IMG/VR virus record: IMGVR_UViG_3300034737_000014
Coordinates: 1-60,641 of that record
DNA from: a virus
Taxonomy: Duplodnaviria > Caudoviricetes
Length of the DNA: 60,641 bases
Strand: one strand, 5' to 3'
The position numbers and the translations under genes were made by a program. Positions 27,567-36,328 of the stretch are shown piece by piece (the stretch's first letter is position 1; every line of letters starts with the position of its first letter). A model generated the notes under the pieces. It saw nothing but the letters and a program-made list of their open reading frames with translations, was not told where the DNA came from and did not search any database.

Positions 27567-28094
27567 TTAGATGGATGAGAATACATATAACACGCCGTCG
27601 CGTTTTACAAATGTCATACCGTCGATTTCGCAGCCACGAAGGTACGCGCTAAGGTCGAAGTAATTCTTAGATACTTCGCTCCAGCCATCGAAGAAGCAAG
27701 TATCCTCAAGGTAGCTGTATAACCACTCCTCCTTCGCCTTGTCTAAGGTGTTAAACCCGATGTCTGCTGTTCCTAAAAGGTGTTCTAGTGCATACTCAGC
27801 CGATGCCGAGCTGTCTACTTCGTCCCAGTACACCGCGACGGTTGTTAAATCTGGTTCGTCCATATATACCCAGTCCCATAGACTGTCGCAAACGTAGCTC
27901 TCTTTGATGAGACACTGCGGAATGTCTTCCCAATCTTGGAACATGAACTCTGGGCATGTTTCATCGCTATGCAATTCGCGGCAGGCGGCGTAGAAATCAT
28001 CACGGTTCTCGTAGTCCGCAGGTTCCAGCCATTCACCGAACAAGTTGCCGTTGTTGTACTTGGCGTAGGTGCCAACATAAATACGTGGGTTCAT
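27567..28094 (-). CDS. ardA: antirestriction protein ArdA (type I R-M DNA mimic)
   Basis: PRIYVGTYAKYNNGNLFGEWL, PEFMFQDWE and YFD; strongly acidic. Confidence 0.88.
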   Translation of the reverse strand: MNPRIYVGTYAKYNNGNLFGEWLEPADYENRDDFYAACRELHSDETCPEFMFQDWEDIPQCLIKESYVCDSLWDWVYMDEPDLTTVAVYWDEVDSSASAEYALEHLLGTADIGFNTLDKAKEEWLYSYLEDTCFFDGWSEVSKNYFDLSAYLRGCEIDGMTFVKRDGVLYVFSSI

Positions 28095-28294
28095 TTACTC
28101 GTCTCCCCCGCTAAACGTTCTAGGAACGCGGCGGCGAGAAGAAACTTATCCGTCATATCAATTGCTTCGTCGGATCGCAGGTCGGTAACGAAACGAGTTA
28201 AACCGTACATCTTTGCCGTGGTGTACGCTCGAGCAAAACCTGTGTCTTCGTAGTCGCATATGATGTCTTCATAAGAAACGTCTGGTGTGTCCAT
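28091..28294 (-). CDS. hypothetical protein
   Basis: GGAG RBS; coupled to ardA. Confidence 0.5.
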   Translation of the reverse strand: MDTPDVSYEDIICDYEDTGFARAYTTAKMYGLTRFVTDLRSDEAIDMTDKFLLAAAFLERLAGETSK

Positions 28295-28305
28295 TAAAGT
28301 TCTCC

Positions 28306-28581
28306 CTAAGCTGCTTTTGGTTTAAGGCGTTGCGGCTTGATGGTGCCAAGAACGCCGATTAAAAAATGGGTTGCGTGCCATGCGTCGTAGGTATCGTCGT
28401 CCATATCTTCTGGCTCTATAGCCGTGCGGTGTAGTGTTTTCATCGCTTCGGTAAAGTCATGGAAACGCAGCGGCTGATAGCGTGCCATCTCAAATAATTC
28501 TTGTTTAATTACGCGGCGCATTTGCGCAGCCGCGTTATCCGCTCGTAGTTTGGTTACGTCTTTATTCATCAACGCCTCCAT
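28306..28581 (-). CDS. hypothetical protein
   Basis: ORF track. Confidence 0.5.
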   Translation of the reverse strand: MEALMNKDVTKLRADNAAAQMRRVIKQELFEMARYQPLRFHDFTEAMKTLHRTAIEPEDMDDDTYDAWHATHFLIGVLGTIKPQRLKPKAA

Positions 28582-28840
28582 TAAGTACCGCGTGGATTGC
28601 TACTAGGGTTTCGTCGATGTCTCGCAGGCGTTTTTCTGCTATGTCGGTTGCGTCAAGCACGGCTTGTAGCATGACACCTCTGATGTCGTCGAACACGGTA
28701 GAGGAATTGAACCTAAAGAAGTTCTCGCCCGGTGCGTCGGATATGCGAGAGAATGGGTCTAAGTGTTTTTGAAGTCTATACAGGTAGGTTAATTGAACCT
28801 TTAGGTCTTTTCTTTCTTGCAACATCTCTCTGAGATTCAT
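28562..28840 (-). CDS. hypothetical protein
   Basis: AGGAG RBS. Confidence 0.55.
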   Translation of the reverse strand: MNLREMLQERKDLKVQLTYLYRLQKHLDPFSRISDAPGENFFRFNSSTVFDDIRGVMLQAVLDATDIAEKRLRDIDETLVAIHAVLNGGVDE

Positions 28841-29943
28841 TTTGTTTCTCCTTGTAAAGGGTATTTAAGGTTAGCGTAGGAACACCATTGGAATACGGCA
28901 GCGTCAATGTCTTGGTCTTGCGCCTCCCATATAGCGTCGAGGTACCAAGCGTCTTTCAATTCAGCTACGTCATGGGCGTGTTCCATTGCGGCGTCAAAGT
29001 CAGCTAGGATGAACTCATCCCAATCGTTAAACGCGGCTGGGTTTACAGGTACTCTACTGTCATAACGTGGCGAGTAAGCGCCATACCAGTCGTTGTTGTA
29101 ATAATCTATGCGTGAAGGGTCACGCCAAACAGGCAGCGCTGACCAGTCTAGCTCACAACAAACGTCAGCTAACTTCAGCAGGTGCTGGATGTCTTGTGTC
29201 TCGGCCGAGGTATGCTCGTTGCCGTACCCTACGGACACGTTGAAACATTCAGGCACTAGGTTTCGATATAACTTAGTGTCCGTGAACGAACCGCCGTCAT
29301 CTGGCTGATAATCAAAACCGTGACGATTAAGTAGGTAAGCGAACACGCCTGCCGTACCTTCGCTAGCGCAAGTCTGCCCTCCCTGCTGCCAGATAATGTC
29401 ACGGGTACCGCGACGGTCAAAGGCGATGGCATGTGTTATGTCGTCTAAAACTTCTGGCGTGTTCTCTACTATGTAATGAGAACCAACGCCGCCTACCTCT
29501 TCGCTAGCGTGGAAGATGTACAAAGCTGGTACACGTGCCATAATCATACGCGCCATGACGAAGATACCAGACGCATCGTCAGCCCCGATACAGGCGTCGA
29601 CGCCTGAGAAGTATAAGCCGTCATCGGACAAAGCAACTTCGTTAGTGTAGCCATTTGGTTGTATACCGCGATGCGCGCTATCATAGTGCGCGCTGAACAG
29701 TACGGTAGACTTCTCGTCACGCATGTCAACGATGATGTTACGGGCTTGGTCTAGCACGAACGGTACTCGTTGCTTCTTAAGGAATCGTTCGATAGCAAAG
29801 GCCGCAAGGTATTCTCCATGCGTATTAGCTGGACGCTTGGTCGTTAGCAGGTTAGCAAACAAGCGTGCCGCTTTGGTACCGCCCATTAGTTGTTCGATTT
29901 CTATTTCAGTTGTAGGGTTGAACCCTGTATATTTTGTAGCCAT
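28837..29943 (-). CDS. M28/M20-clan zinc peptidase-like protein
   Basis: SAHYD, GADDASG, EEVGGVGS, FDRRG, SFTD and NVSVGYGNEH. Confidence 0.85.
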   Translation of the reverse strand: MATKYTGFNPTTEIEIEQLMGGTKAARLFANLLTTKRPANTHGEYLAAFAIERFLKKQRVPFVLDQARNIIVDMRDEKSTVLFSAHYDSAHRGIQPNGYTNEVALSDDGLYFSGVDACIGADDASGIFVMARMIMARVPALYIFHASEEVGGVGSHYIVENTPEVLDDITHAIAFDRRGTRDIIWQQGGQTCASEGTAGVFAYLLNRHGFDYQPDDGGSFTDTKLYRNLVPECFNVSVGYGNEHTSAETQDIQHLLKLADVCCELDWSALPVWRDPSRIDYYNNDWYGAYSPRYDSRVPVNPAAFNDWDEFILADFDAAMEHAHDVAELKDAWYLDAIWEAQDQDIDAAVFQWCSYANLKYPLQGETK

Positions 29944-29964
29944 GATAGGCGCTCCTTGTTATGG

Positions 29965-31740
29965 TTAAGCGGCACGAGCACGAGCGCGGGCATTGCGCTG
30001 TTGTTCGCGGTACGCCAATAGGGTGGGGTGATTTTCGGCTGCTTGGTGACACAAGTCATCAAACAGTAACCCCAAGTTTAGACTGCCTAAAAATTGTCTT
30101 AGGCGTTTAGCCTTAGCAGGCAGAACGTTCGTTCGCAGATGTCTTGACAGGGCGTCCCCGTCATAACGCGCCATCGCTGGCATGTAGTTTACTGCGTATA
30201 CGGATTCGATAGCCTTCTTCATGCCCAGCTCACAGGCCACGCTTAAGCGCATACCTTTAGCGTTGTTGTCATCTACGTGATAGGCAATCTCGCAGTTGTC
30301 TACGAGAAACTCATCAGCACTATCACGTATATAGGCTAGGGTATACAGCTCGCCGTTGACCTCCACACAATCACTGCTAAGGGCATAACAATTCTCCCAC
30401 TCACAGTAAACGATATCGGGGTGTTCGCTGTCGTAGTATTCTCCATCAGCTTGGACAATGTAGCCGTCGCCTAGGAATTGCCCAAGCTCACCGTTGAGAA
30501 CTGGCGAGTCGAACCCGATAACTTCTGTTGTAGGGTTATGATAATGCACCGACTCTTCCCAATGGCGGCCAGATGAACTATATCGCAGCACTACAATCGT
30601 GTCCTCTTCGTCGTAATAGTCTCCGTCGTACTCCGAATAGACGGCGTCGTCGACGTGAAGATATTCCGAGTAGTAGTTAGACCATACGGCGTCATCTGGG
30701 TCAACAGAATCACCGTTTCGTAGGGTTATACGCTCATCTTCCTGCTGGTCACTCCAGCCAGCGGTATTGTTACAGGCGTAGCTGCCATCGTCGCCTTTAC
30801 TGCACACCGTCATCCATGAGTCGCCCTCTTCCCACAAAACGGCTTGATAGTCACCGTCAATGTAGGGGGCAGCGACTCGGCCATCGCCGTCTTCATCTAT
30901 GAATCGCAGGCGTAGGCCTTCTAATGCCCCTGAATTGTGCAGGTAGCCCTCTTTCTCTAGCAGGGCTAGGAAAAGCTCACGCCACTGCGTATCTGTTTTC
31001 TCTGCGAACGTTAATCCGCCGTGTGCTGTTGGGTAGGCACGCACAAACTCTTGTGTGCCACTGTTGCATACAGCGCGTCCGACGACGGTACCGCCATACA
31101 TGGCGTACACAACGGAAATGTCTGGCGAATCGTACACACGAACAGCGTCTTCGTCGTTCATACACGATTTACATATCGTGTTGTCTTCATAGATAGCGAC
31201 GATGTCGTCGCCGTTCTCGCATACCTGCAATACCAGGTCTGTTACTGGGGTAGTCAGTGTTTTGTAACGTTCTGCCAAGCGCTTGACTTCTTCATCGTCC
31301 AAATTAGTTGTTCTATGCAGCCACTTCCCGAGCGTCGTCATGACACGAGTATACCGCCCGTCGTTTTTACGCTGCGAGTAGGCTACGCGGGTAGGGTCGC
31401 TAACCGCTTGCCATAGCGCCTCCTTGTGACAAGCAACGGGATGCGCCTTGTATAACTCGGCAAAAAAGGATTCTACACGTTCGTCGTCGAACGCTGGGAT
31501 GTCCGCTTGTTTGATTTTGTGGCGGCTTAATATGCCTGCTACTGTTTGAGATAGGGGGTGTCGCCCTTTGATGAAATTCTTAGCGTAAGACCAATCGGAA
31601 AACCTAGAATATAGGCTGATTCCTTTGTAAACGCAGCAGCGATTCATTTTAATAGCGAGATACGCGGCTTTAATAGCCGTAGCGGTATACCCGCTACGTG
31701 GTACAGGGCGGTCGGTTAAGTTTAGGAACATCTTTTCCAT
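29965..31740 (-). CDS. large early protein with acidic repeats (start uncertain)
   Basis: SCM...RAV...RAY...PYID core and repeated D-AV-x-S-x-Y units; GAGGA RBS before MEKMF. Confidence 0.6.
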   Translation of the reverse strand: MEKMFLNLTDRPVPRSGYTATAIKAAYLAIKMNRCCVYKGISLYSRFSDWSYAKNFIKGRHPLSQTVAGILSRHKIKQADIPAFDDERVESFFAELYKAHPVACHKEALWQAVSDPTRVAYSQRKNDGRYTRVMTTLGKWLHRTTNLDDEEVKRLAERYKTLTTPVTDLVLQVCENGDDIVAIYEDNTICKSCMNDEDAVRVYDSPDISVVYAMYGGTVVGRAVCNSGTQEFVRAYPTAHGGLTFAEKTDTQWRELFLALLEKEGYLHNSGALEGLRLRFIDEDGDGRVAAPYIDGDYQAVLWEEGDSWMTVCSKGDDGSYACNNTAGWSDQQEDERITLRNGDSVDPDDAVWSNYYSEYLHVDDAVYSEYDGDYYDEEDTIVVLRYSSSGRHWEESVHYHNPTTEVIGFDSPVLNGELGQFLGDGYIVQADGEYYDSEHPDIVYCEWENCYALSSDCVEVNGELYTLAYIRDSADEFLVDNCEIAYHVDDNNAKGMRLSVACELGMKKAIESVYAVNYMPAMARYDGDALSRHLRTNVLPAKAKRLRQFLGSLNLGLLFDDLCHQAAENHPTLLAYREQQRNARARARAA

Positions 31741-31754
31741 ATCTTTATCCTCGG

Positions 31755-32045
31755 CTATGGTTTGTAGTAGACAACACGTGTCCATGTATCTACGATGAAA
31801 TATTTCCCGTGTTGATACACGGTACCAGTGCGGTCGATGTGAGAACATTTGCCATCTGGTTTACGCAGGGCGATATTGGTTTTGCCGTGGTCATACACGC
31901 GGTCGATAACCATGTTGTCGGTTGATAAGGTGTCTAGCGACGCGGCGAGGTCATCGAGCGTTGTTAGGTGTTTAGGGTGCGACCCTACAAAGCAAACGCC
32001 TTCATGAAAGGCGTCTATTAGTTTGTTCCATGATGACTTGGTCAT
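31755..32045 (-). CDS. hypothetical protein
   Basis: G-rich RBS upstream. Confidence 0.5.
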   Translation of the reverse strand: MTKSSWNKLIDAFHEGVCFVGSHPKHLTTLDDLAASLDTLSTDNMVIDRVYDHGKTNIALRKPDGKCSHIDRTGTVYQHGKYFIVDTWTRVVYYKP

Positions 32046-32057
32046 GTCTATCCCCCC

Positions 32058-32222
32058 TTATCGTGTTGAGTGCATAATTCGCACTGGGTTTAACTGTTGC
32101 GCGGCGTCAACCGCTTCTGTATATGTAGCGAACCAATGGCGTCGAGCGCCCTTCAAACCGTGCCCCCATTGGGCAACTGTTAACTGCCATCCACGGGCGG
32201 TTTTTGAGATTATTGCAAACAT
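32058..32222 (-). CDS. 54-aa early protein (not in track)
   Basis: GAGGA RBS; MFAIISKTARGWQL...RIMHSTR. Confidence 0.5.
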   Translation of the reverse strand: MFAIISKTARGWQLTVAQWGHGLKGARRHWFATYTEAVDAAQQLNPVRIMHSTR

Positions 32223-32264
32223 GGTTTATTCCTCTTTTTAGAGTTGAAAATAATCGCCAATTTA

Positions 32265-32505
32265 GAAGCGTAACAGCCAAAAAATGAGCGAATGGTTTAG
32301 CCATTAAGAAAATGTTACGGATAAAGCGTAACATCCAAGAAAAAGCGTAACGGCGGAGAGGCCTATACAGGCTGGTTCTGTTACTATTATTACTATTATT
32401 ACTCTTTTATAGGTATATGTGAGTAATAAAATGTGTATATAGGGTGTAGTAGGAATAGCGAACAGAAAATATACCCAAAAGCGTAATCCGTAACAAAAGC
32501 GTAAC
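32265..32505. repeat. iteron-like cluster of (AAAG)CGTAAC repeats with an AT-rich core
   Basis: Copies at about 32265, 32323, 32341, 32477, 32488 and 32495, one inverted at 32314; ttactatta repeats at 32381-32403. Confidence 0.55.
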
Positions 32506-32557
32506 AGCGTTTTTCACGTTGATTGGAACATTTTTCTTGTTGATTGGGGCGTGTTCG

Positions 32558-32609
32558 CCTATTAACTATTAACCCTGCCAGCATGTAGGCAAGGCTAATA
32601 GGTGATAGG
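32558..32609 (-). other. 22-bp imperfect RNA hairpin (RNase III-site-like)
   Basis: 20 of 22 positions pair on the minus strand, including 2 G-U. Confidence 0.5.
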
Positions 32610-32694
32610 GTGCGCGATTACTTAACTAGGTAGCCTGAAATAGGCAGGCTGAAATAGGGTACGGGGTGCGGCGCCCCGTTCCCCGATTCCCGTA

Positions 32695-32844
32695 TTAATT
32701 CCAACGAGTCAACCCCCGCACCTTAACAAACGCACGGGCTTCCTTAATGCTAGGGAAATAAACCTTTTCCCCTAGCGCCTCGTTTCCGTTGTGGATGACC
32801 ACGATACCTTTCTTTGTTGTGCCGTAAATGCTTGCGTATTTCAT
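32695..32844 (-). CDS. 49-aa early protein (not in track)
   Basis: AAGGA RBS; MKYASIYGTTKKG...GLTRWN. Confidence 0.5.
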   Translation of the reverse strand: MKYASIYGTTKKGIVVIHNGNEALGEKVYFPSIKEARAFVKVRGLTRWN

Positions 32845-32860
32845 GATTGTTCCTTTATGC

Positions 32861-32885
32861 AAAAACCCCGTAGCGTGGTACGGGG
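32861..32885 (-). terminator. intrinsic terminator after the 168-aa gene
   Basis: Minus strand CCCCGTA-CCACGC-TACGGGG-TTTTT. Confidence 0.65.
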
Positions 32886-32905
32886 TGCGGTTGAGTAGGT
32901 TACGA

Positions 32906-33412
32906 TTATTTCAGTGCTGAAGCCATATCCATCAACATCAAATAAAGCTTCATTTTCTGGTCGTTGTCTAGGCTATCCGCCTTTTTCTTAATACTTATTA
33001 GTCGCTCGCTGATTAGGTCGAACGGGTCACGGGAAACAGCGGCTTTACGCTCGTTATTTAGCGATGATTGCCAGCTAAGGTATATATCCAGCCAGTTTGC
33101 CTGAACATATTCTTTTTTAGTGGTTTTTACGCCATTCTCTAGGGTACGTTTAGCGGGCGAGATTGTATCACTAAACTGATTAGCGTCCTTATCGAATTGG
33201 TGAAACGCGATGGCGCGTACGAGAGATTGTACATCTACCTCGTACCCCGTACCGTCAAGCTCGCACACTAGCGCGTTTAGAACGTTATGATTAGCCTCGA
33301 CAGCATACGCCTCGCAAGCCTGATACATTACTTCAAAAAACTTAGAACGCGCTTTTCTAGCAGACTTGTAAAATGTTTTAACTTGTTTGATTGCTTCTAT
33401 TGCTTGTGACAT
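32906..33412 (-). CDS. first gene of the early arm, hypothetical
   Basis: 168 aa; AAGAGG RBS. Confidence 0.65.
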   Translation of the reverse strand: MSQAIEAIKQVKTFYKSARKARSKFFEVMYQACEAYAVEANHNVLNALVCELDGTGYEVDVQSLVRAIAFHQFDKDANQFSDTISPAKRTLENGVKTTKKEYVQANWLDIYLSWQSSLNNERKAAVSRDPFDLISERLISIKKKADSLDNDQKMKLYLMLMDMASALK

Positions 33413-33438
33413 GATAATGCCCTCTTGTGTTAAGATTA

Positions 33439-33480
33439 GTGATTAATCAAGACACTGTTAGCAATGCCTTGACCAATCAC
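33439..33480 (-). other. 19-bp RNA hairpin (RNase III-site-like) upstream of the first early gene
   Basis: All 19 positions pair on the minus strand (4 G-U), loop CUAA. Confidence 0.55.
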
Positions 33481-34079
33481 CGACGCAAACGAAACGGCAC
33501 GGCTCGCCGATTCTATTAACAACCTGCATAACGTAGCAGGTAGCTTGCGCCGAATGATTCGCATAATATGCGCCTAGACTCTCAATCGCTTCGCCTAGGT
33601 ATGTGCGCTATGAATCAGAAGAGGGGCAATCGTTATGCTTTGCTCTCGTTCATAGATTCCCCAAGTTGTTAAAGAAGCAAGGTGTACCGCCATAATGGCA
33701 TTTGGTACGGTGCCGAGTTTACCCGTATTTCGCTCATGGCTTCACGGTGTAGATGACGTACAACATACGGGCATTGTGCTTGCTATCACGGCTTGTTGCC
33801 TAGTAGCCCCGTTGCCTTTTCGTTTGTTGCCGCCTCTCGACAAATTCAGTAGAACACAAAACGGGATTCTATGCGGTCAACCCCCAGCACCCCTACCCCC
33901 TAGCCCCTGCCAACGCTTTCGCCGATTCGAGATTTTGGATTCGGGATTCGAGAGGGGGTGAAACGGGGAAAGGGCGGCTGGATGCGTGAGGCGGGGAGGA
34001 AAAATCACGCACAAATCTACATAATTCTCGATTCCAAATTCCAGTCCCAAGTCAACCCCTTCCAATCAACCCCCACTCA

Positions 34080-34102
34080 TGTTATAATAAACGCAGCTTA
34101 TT
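34080..34102 (+). promoter_or_regulatory. extended -10 promoter plus operator copy for the late arm
   Basis: TGtTATAAT at 34080-34088; AATAAA-CGCAG-CTTATT at 34086-34102. Confidence 0.6.
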
Positions 34103-34115
34103 AATAGGGACGCCA

Positions 34116-34316
34116 ATGGCATCGAACACGAAACAAGCAGTCAGCCGCCGCAACCGCCGCGCTGCCGGGTACAAAGAATACAAGCTGGTGGTACCACCGG
34201 AGAAAGCTGCCGTGCTCAAAGACCTAGCTGACTATAACAAGGTGTCGATCAATAAGTTCCTACATCGAATGTTAGATAGGGCGTTGCTCGGTGGTAGTGC
34301 AGCTAAGACCCGGTGA
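34116..34316 (+). CDS. ribbon-helix-helix (Arc/CopG-like) DNA-binding protein
   Basis: YKEYKLVVP beta-ribbon, PEKAAVLKDLA helix, SINKFLHRML helix. Confidence 0.65.
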   Translation: MASNTKQAVSRRNRRAAGYKEYKLVVPPEKAAVLKDLADYNKVSINKFLHRMLDRALLGGSAAKTR

Positions 34317-34701
34317 ACGCGCCGCTTTAGAAATGATCGAACGTGGCTTCGACCGCGAGGACGTTATACGTGTAACAGGAGTGTCTATGTCCCGAATAAA
34401 CTCACTTTCACGCCGTCAGCGAATACAGATAAACCGCGGCCTTGTGACTAACATGCTTCTTGATGCCTACGACACGGCCGAGTCAGCAAACGAAATGGTT
34501 AATGCTGCCAGAGAACTCGGTAAACTGCACGGCCTGTATGAGCCAGAAAAATCTGTAGTAATAAATGGCGACCTTAATGAGGCAGCCAAGCAACTATCGT
34601 CTATGAGCACCGCAGAACTGGAACGTTTAGCATCAGTGACTACAGAGATGGTTGCAGTAGAAACCCCAGACGGTATAGTATACGAGGTACGCGGTGAGTA
34701 A
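34291..34701 (+). CDS. terS: terminase small subunit
   Basis: HTH-like N-terminus, ARELGKLHGLY, MSTAELERL; immediately before TerL. Confidence 0.7.
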   Translation: MVVQLRPGERAALEMIERGFDREDVIRVTGVSMSRINSLSRRQRIQINRGLVTNMLLDAYDTAESANEMVNAARELGKLHGLYEPEKSVVINGDLNEAAKQLSSMSTAELERLASVTTEMVAVETPDGIVYEVRGE

Positions 34702-36268
34702 TATCCCCACCTTCGGTCTAACGACTGTGCCGCCAGACACGCCGCACGAACTCCAACAGGCGAAACTACGTGCTGAGGCGAAGAAAGAACTCGCCAGTCG
34801 TGAGCTAGCCCGCCGTACCCTGCGTCATTATATCCAGCGCATGATGCCAGAATACGTATTTGACTGGGTACATGATGTAACCATTGAGGAGTTGCAGAAG
34901 TTTTGGGAGGCAGTGGAACGCCAAGAATCACCACGGTTGGCTATCTTCATGCCTCCACGGGTAGGTAAGAGTCAGCTATCGTCTATCTTCCTGCCGTCTT
35001 GGGGGCTAGGGCGCTCGCCTAAGAAAGAGCTGGTCATTACTGCCTATGCTGCCAACCTTGCCGATGAGTTCTCTAAAAAGACTCGCGAACTCCTACGTGA
35101 CCCAGATTATCAGTTGATCTTCCCAAATACCAAGCTGCACAAGGACATGGCCTCTGTAGACGCATGGCGTACAACGCAGATGGGCGGGTACGCCTCAGTC
35201 GGGGTAGGCGGGGGTTTGACGGGTAAAGGTGCTGACCTATTAATCCTCGATGACTTATACAAAGACCGCGCTGACGCTGACAGTGACTCCTACCGCAAAA
35301 TGGTTGAAGACTGGTTTAAGTCAACGGCGTATACACGTATCCAGCCAGGTGGCGGATGCCTGGTGCTTTTCACCCGTTGGCATGAGGCAGACTTAGGTGG
35401 TTTCATTGAAGAACACATGCAGCACGAGAACTTTAAGATTCTACGTTTTGCTGCGCTGGCAGAGCATGACGAACCACCATATCGTTTAGCTGGAGAATCT
35501 ATTAACCCTAAGCGCAGAAGCGTTGAGGACTACCTAAGAATTAAAAAGACTGTAGGGGTTAGGGAGTGGCAGTGCCTGTACCAACAGGACCCAGTACCAG
35601 CAGACGGTACAATGTTCAAGCTATCCGATGTGCGGTATTATGACAAGGACATTGACGAAGATACGCCAGACCTTAAACGGCTACCGGATAGCCAGGACCT
35701 TGCTACCTTCTCCGCTTGGGACTTTTCTACTGGCCGCGGTACAGACTTCACTGTAGGCGGCGTTGCCGCTATTGACCGCGACTACAACCTATACCTGATC
35801 GACGTAAAACGTGGTAAGTGGGAAGCCTTCGACATCGCTGAACAGATTATCGAAGCAGCCACAGAGCACAGGACCCAGCGTAATGGCATGGAGCAGGGGC
35901 AGCTTTCGGCCATGATCGAGCCTATCCTTAACAAGCGGATGCAGGAGAAGCAGAAGTTCATTAACATAACACCGCTAAAACCAGGTAGACAGAACAAAGT
36001 GGCGCGGTCAATGACCATTCACGCCCGTATGCAACAGGGTAAAGTGTTCTTACCTAAGAACGCCCCTTGGTTGCAGGATTTCCTAGCTGAATTGATGAAG
36101 TTCCCCAATGGCCGTAACGATGACCAGGTGGACGTGTTCAGCTACTTAGGACTGATGATCAATGATGTTTCAGCCCCAGCCAAAGCGTCAGCCAAGCCCA
36201 AGAAGTCTTGGAAGGATAAGCTTAAGAAACTAAAGGCAGACGGCGAAACTTCGTGGATGTCAGCTTGA
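34694..36268 (+). CDS. terL: terminase large subunit
   Basis: MPPRVGKS, LTGKGADLLILDD, TRWHEADL, LYQQDP and FPNGRNDDQVD. Confidence 0.93.
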   Translation: MSNIPTFGLTTVPPDTPHELQQAKLRAEAKKELASRELARRTLRHYIQRMMPEYVFDWVHDVTIEELQKFWEAVERQESPRLAIFMPPRVGKSQLSSIFLPSWGLGRSPKKELVITAYAANLADEFSKKTRELLRDPDYQLIFPNTKLHKDMASVDAWRTTQMGGYASVGVGGGLTGKGADLLILDDLYKDRADADSDSYRKMVEDWFKSTAYTRIQPGGGCLVLFTRWHEADLGGFIEEHMQHENFKILRFAALAEHDEPPYRLAGESINPKRRSVEDYLRIKKTVGVREWQCLYQQDPVPADGTMFKLSDVRYYDKDIDEDTPDLKRLPDSQDLATFSAWDFSTGRGTDFTVGGVAAIDRDYNLYLIDVKRGKWEAFDIAEQIIEAATEHRTQRNGMEQGQLSAMIEPILNKRMQEKQKFINITPLKPGRQNKVARSMTIHARMQQGKVFLPKNAPWLQDFLAELMKFPNGRNDDQVDVFSYLGLMINDVSAPAKASAKPKKSWKDKLKKLKADGETSWMSA

Positions 36269-36293
36269 CAATAAGCGCCACTTGTTGTATAAG
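36265..36293 (+). promoter_or_regulatory. sigma70-type promoter with operator in the spacer (portal)
   Basis: TTGACA-N17-TATAAG; AATAAG-CGCCA-CTTGTT at 36270-36286. Confidence 0.65.
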
Positions 36294-36328
36294 ACTACCA
36301 TAGCGCTATACTAATCAGGACCCAGTAG

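Noticed and set aside
33480-33870. tRNA or other known ncRNA in the long intergenic region
   Set aside because: Several short hairpins are present, but I could support no cloverleaf, T-loop or recognisable family.
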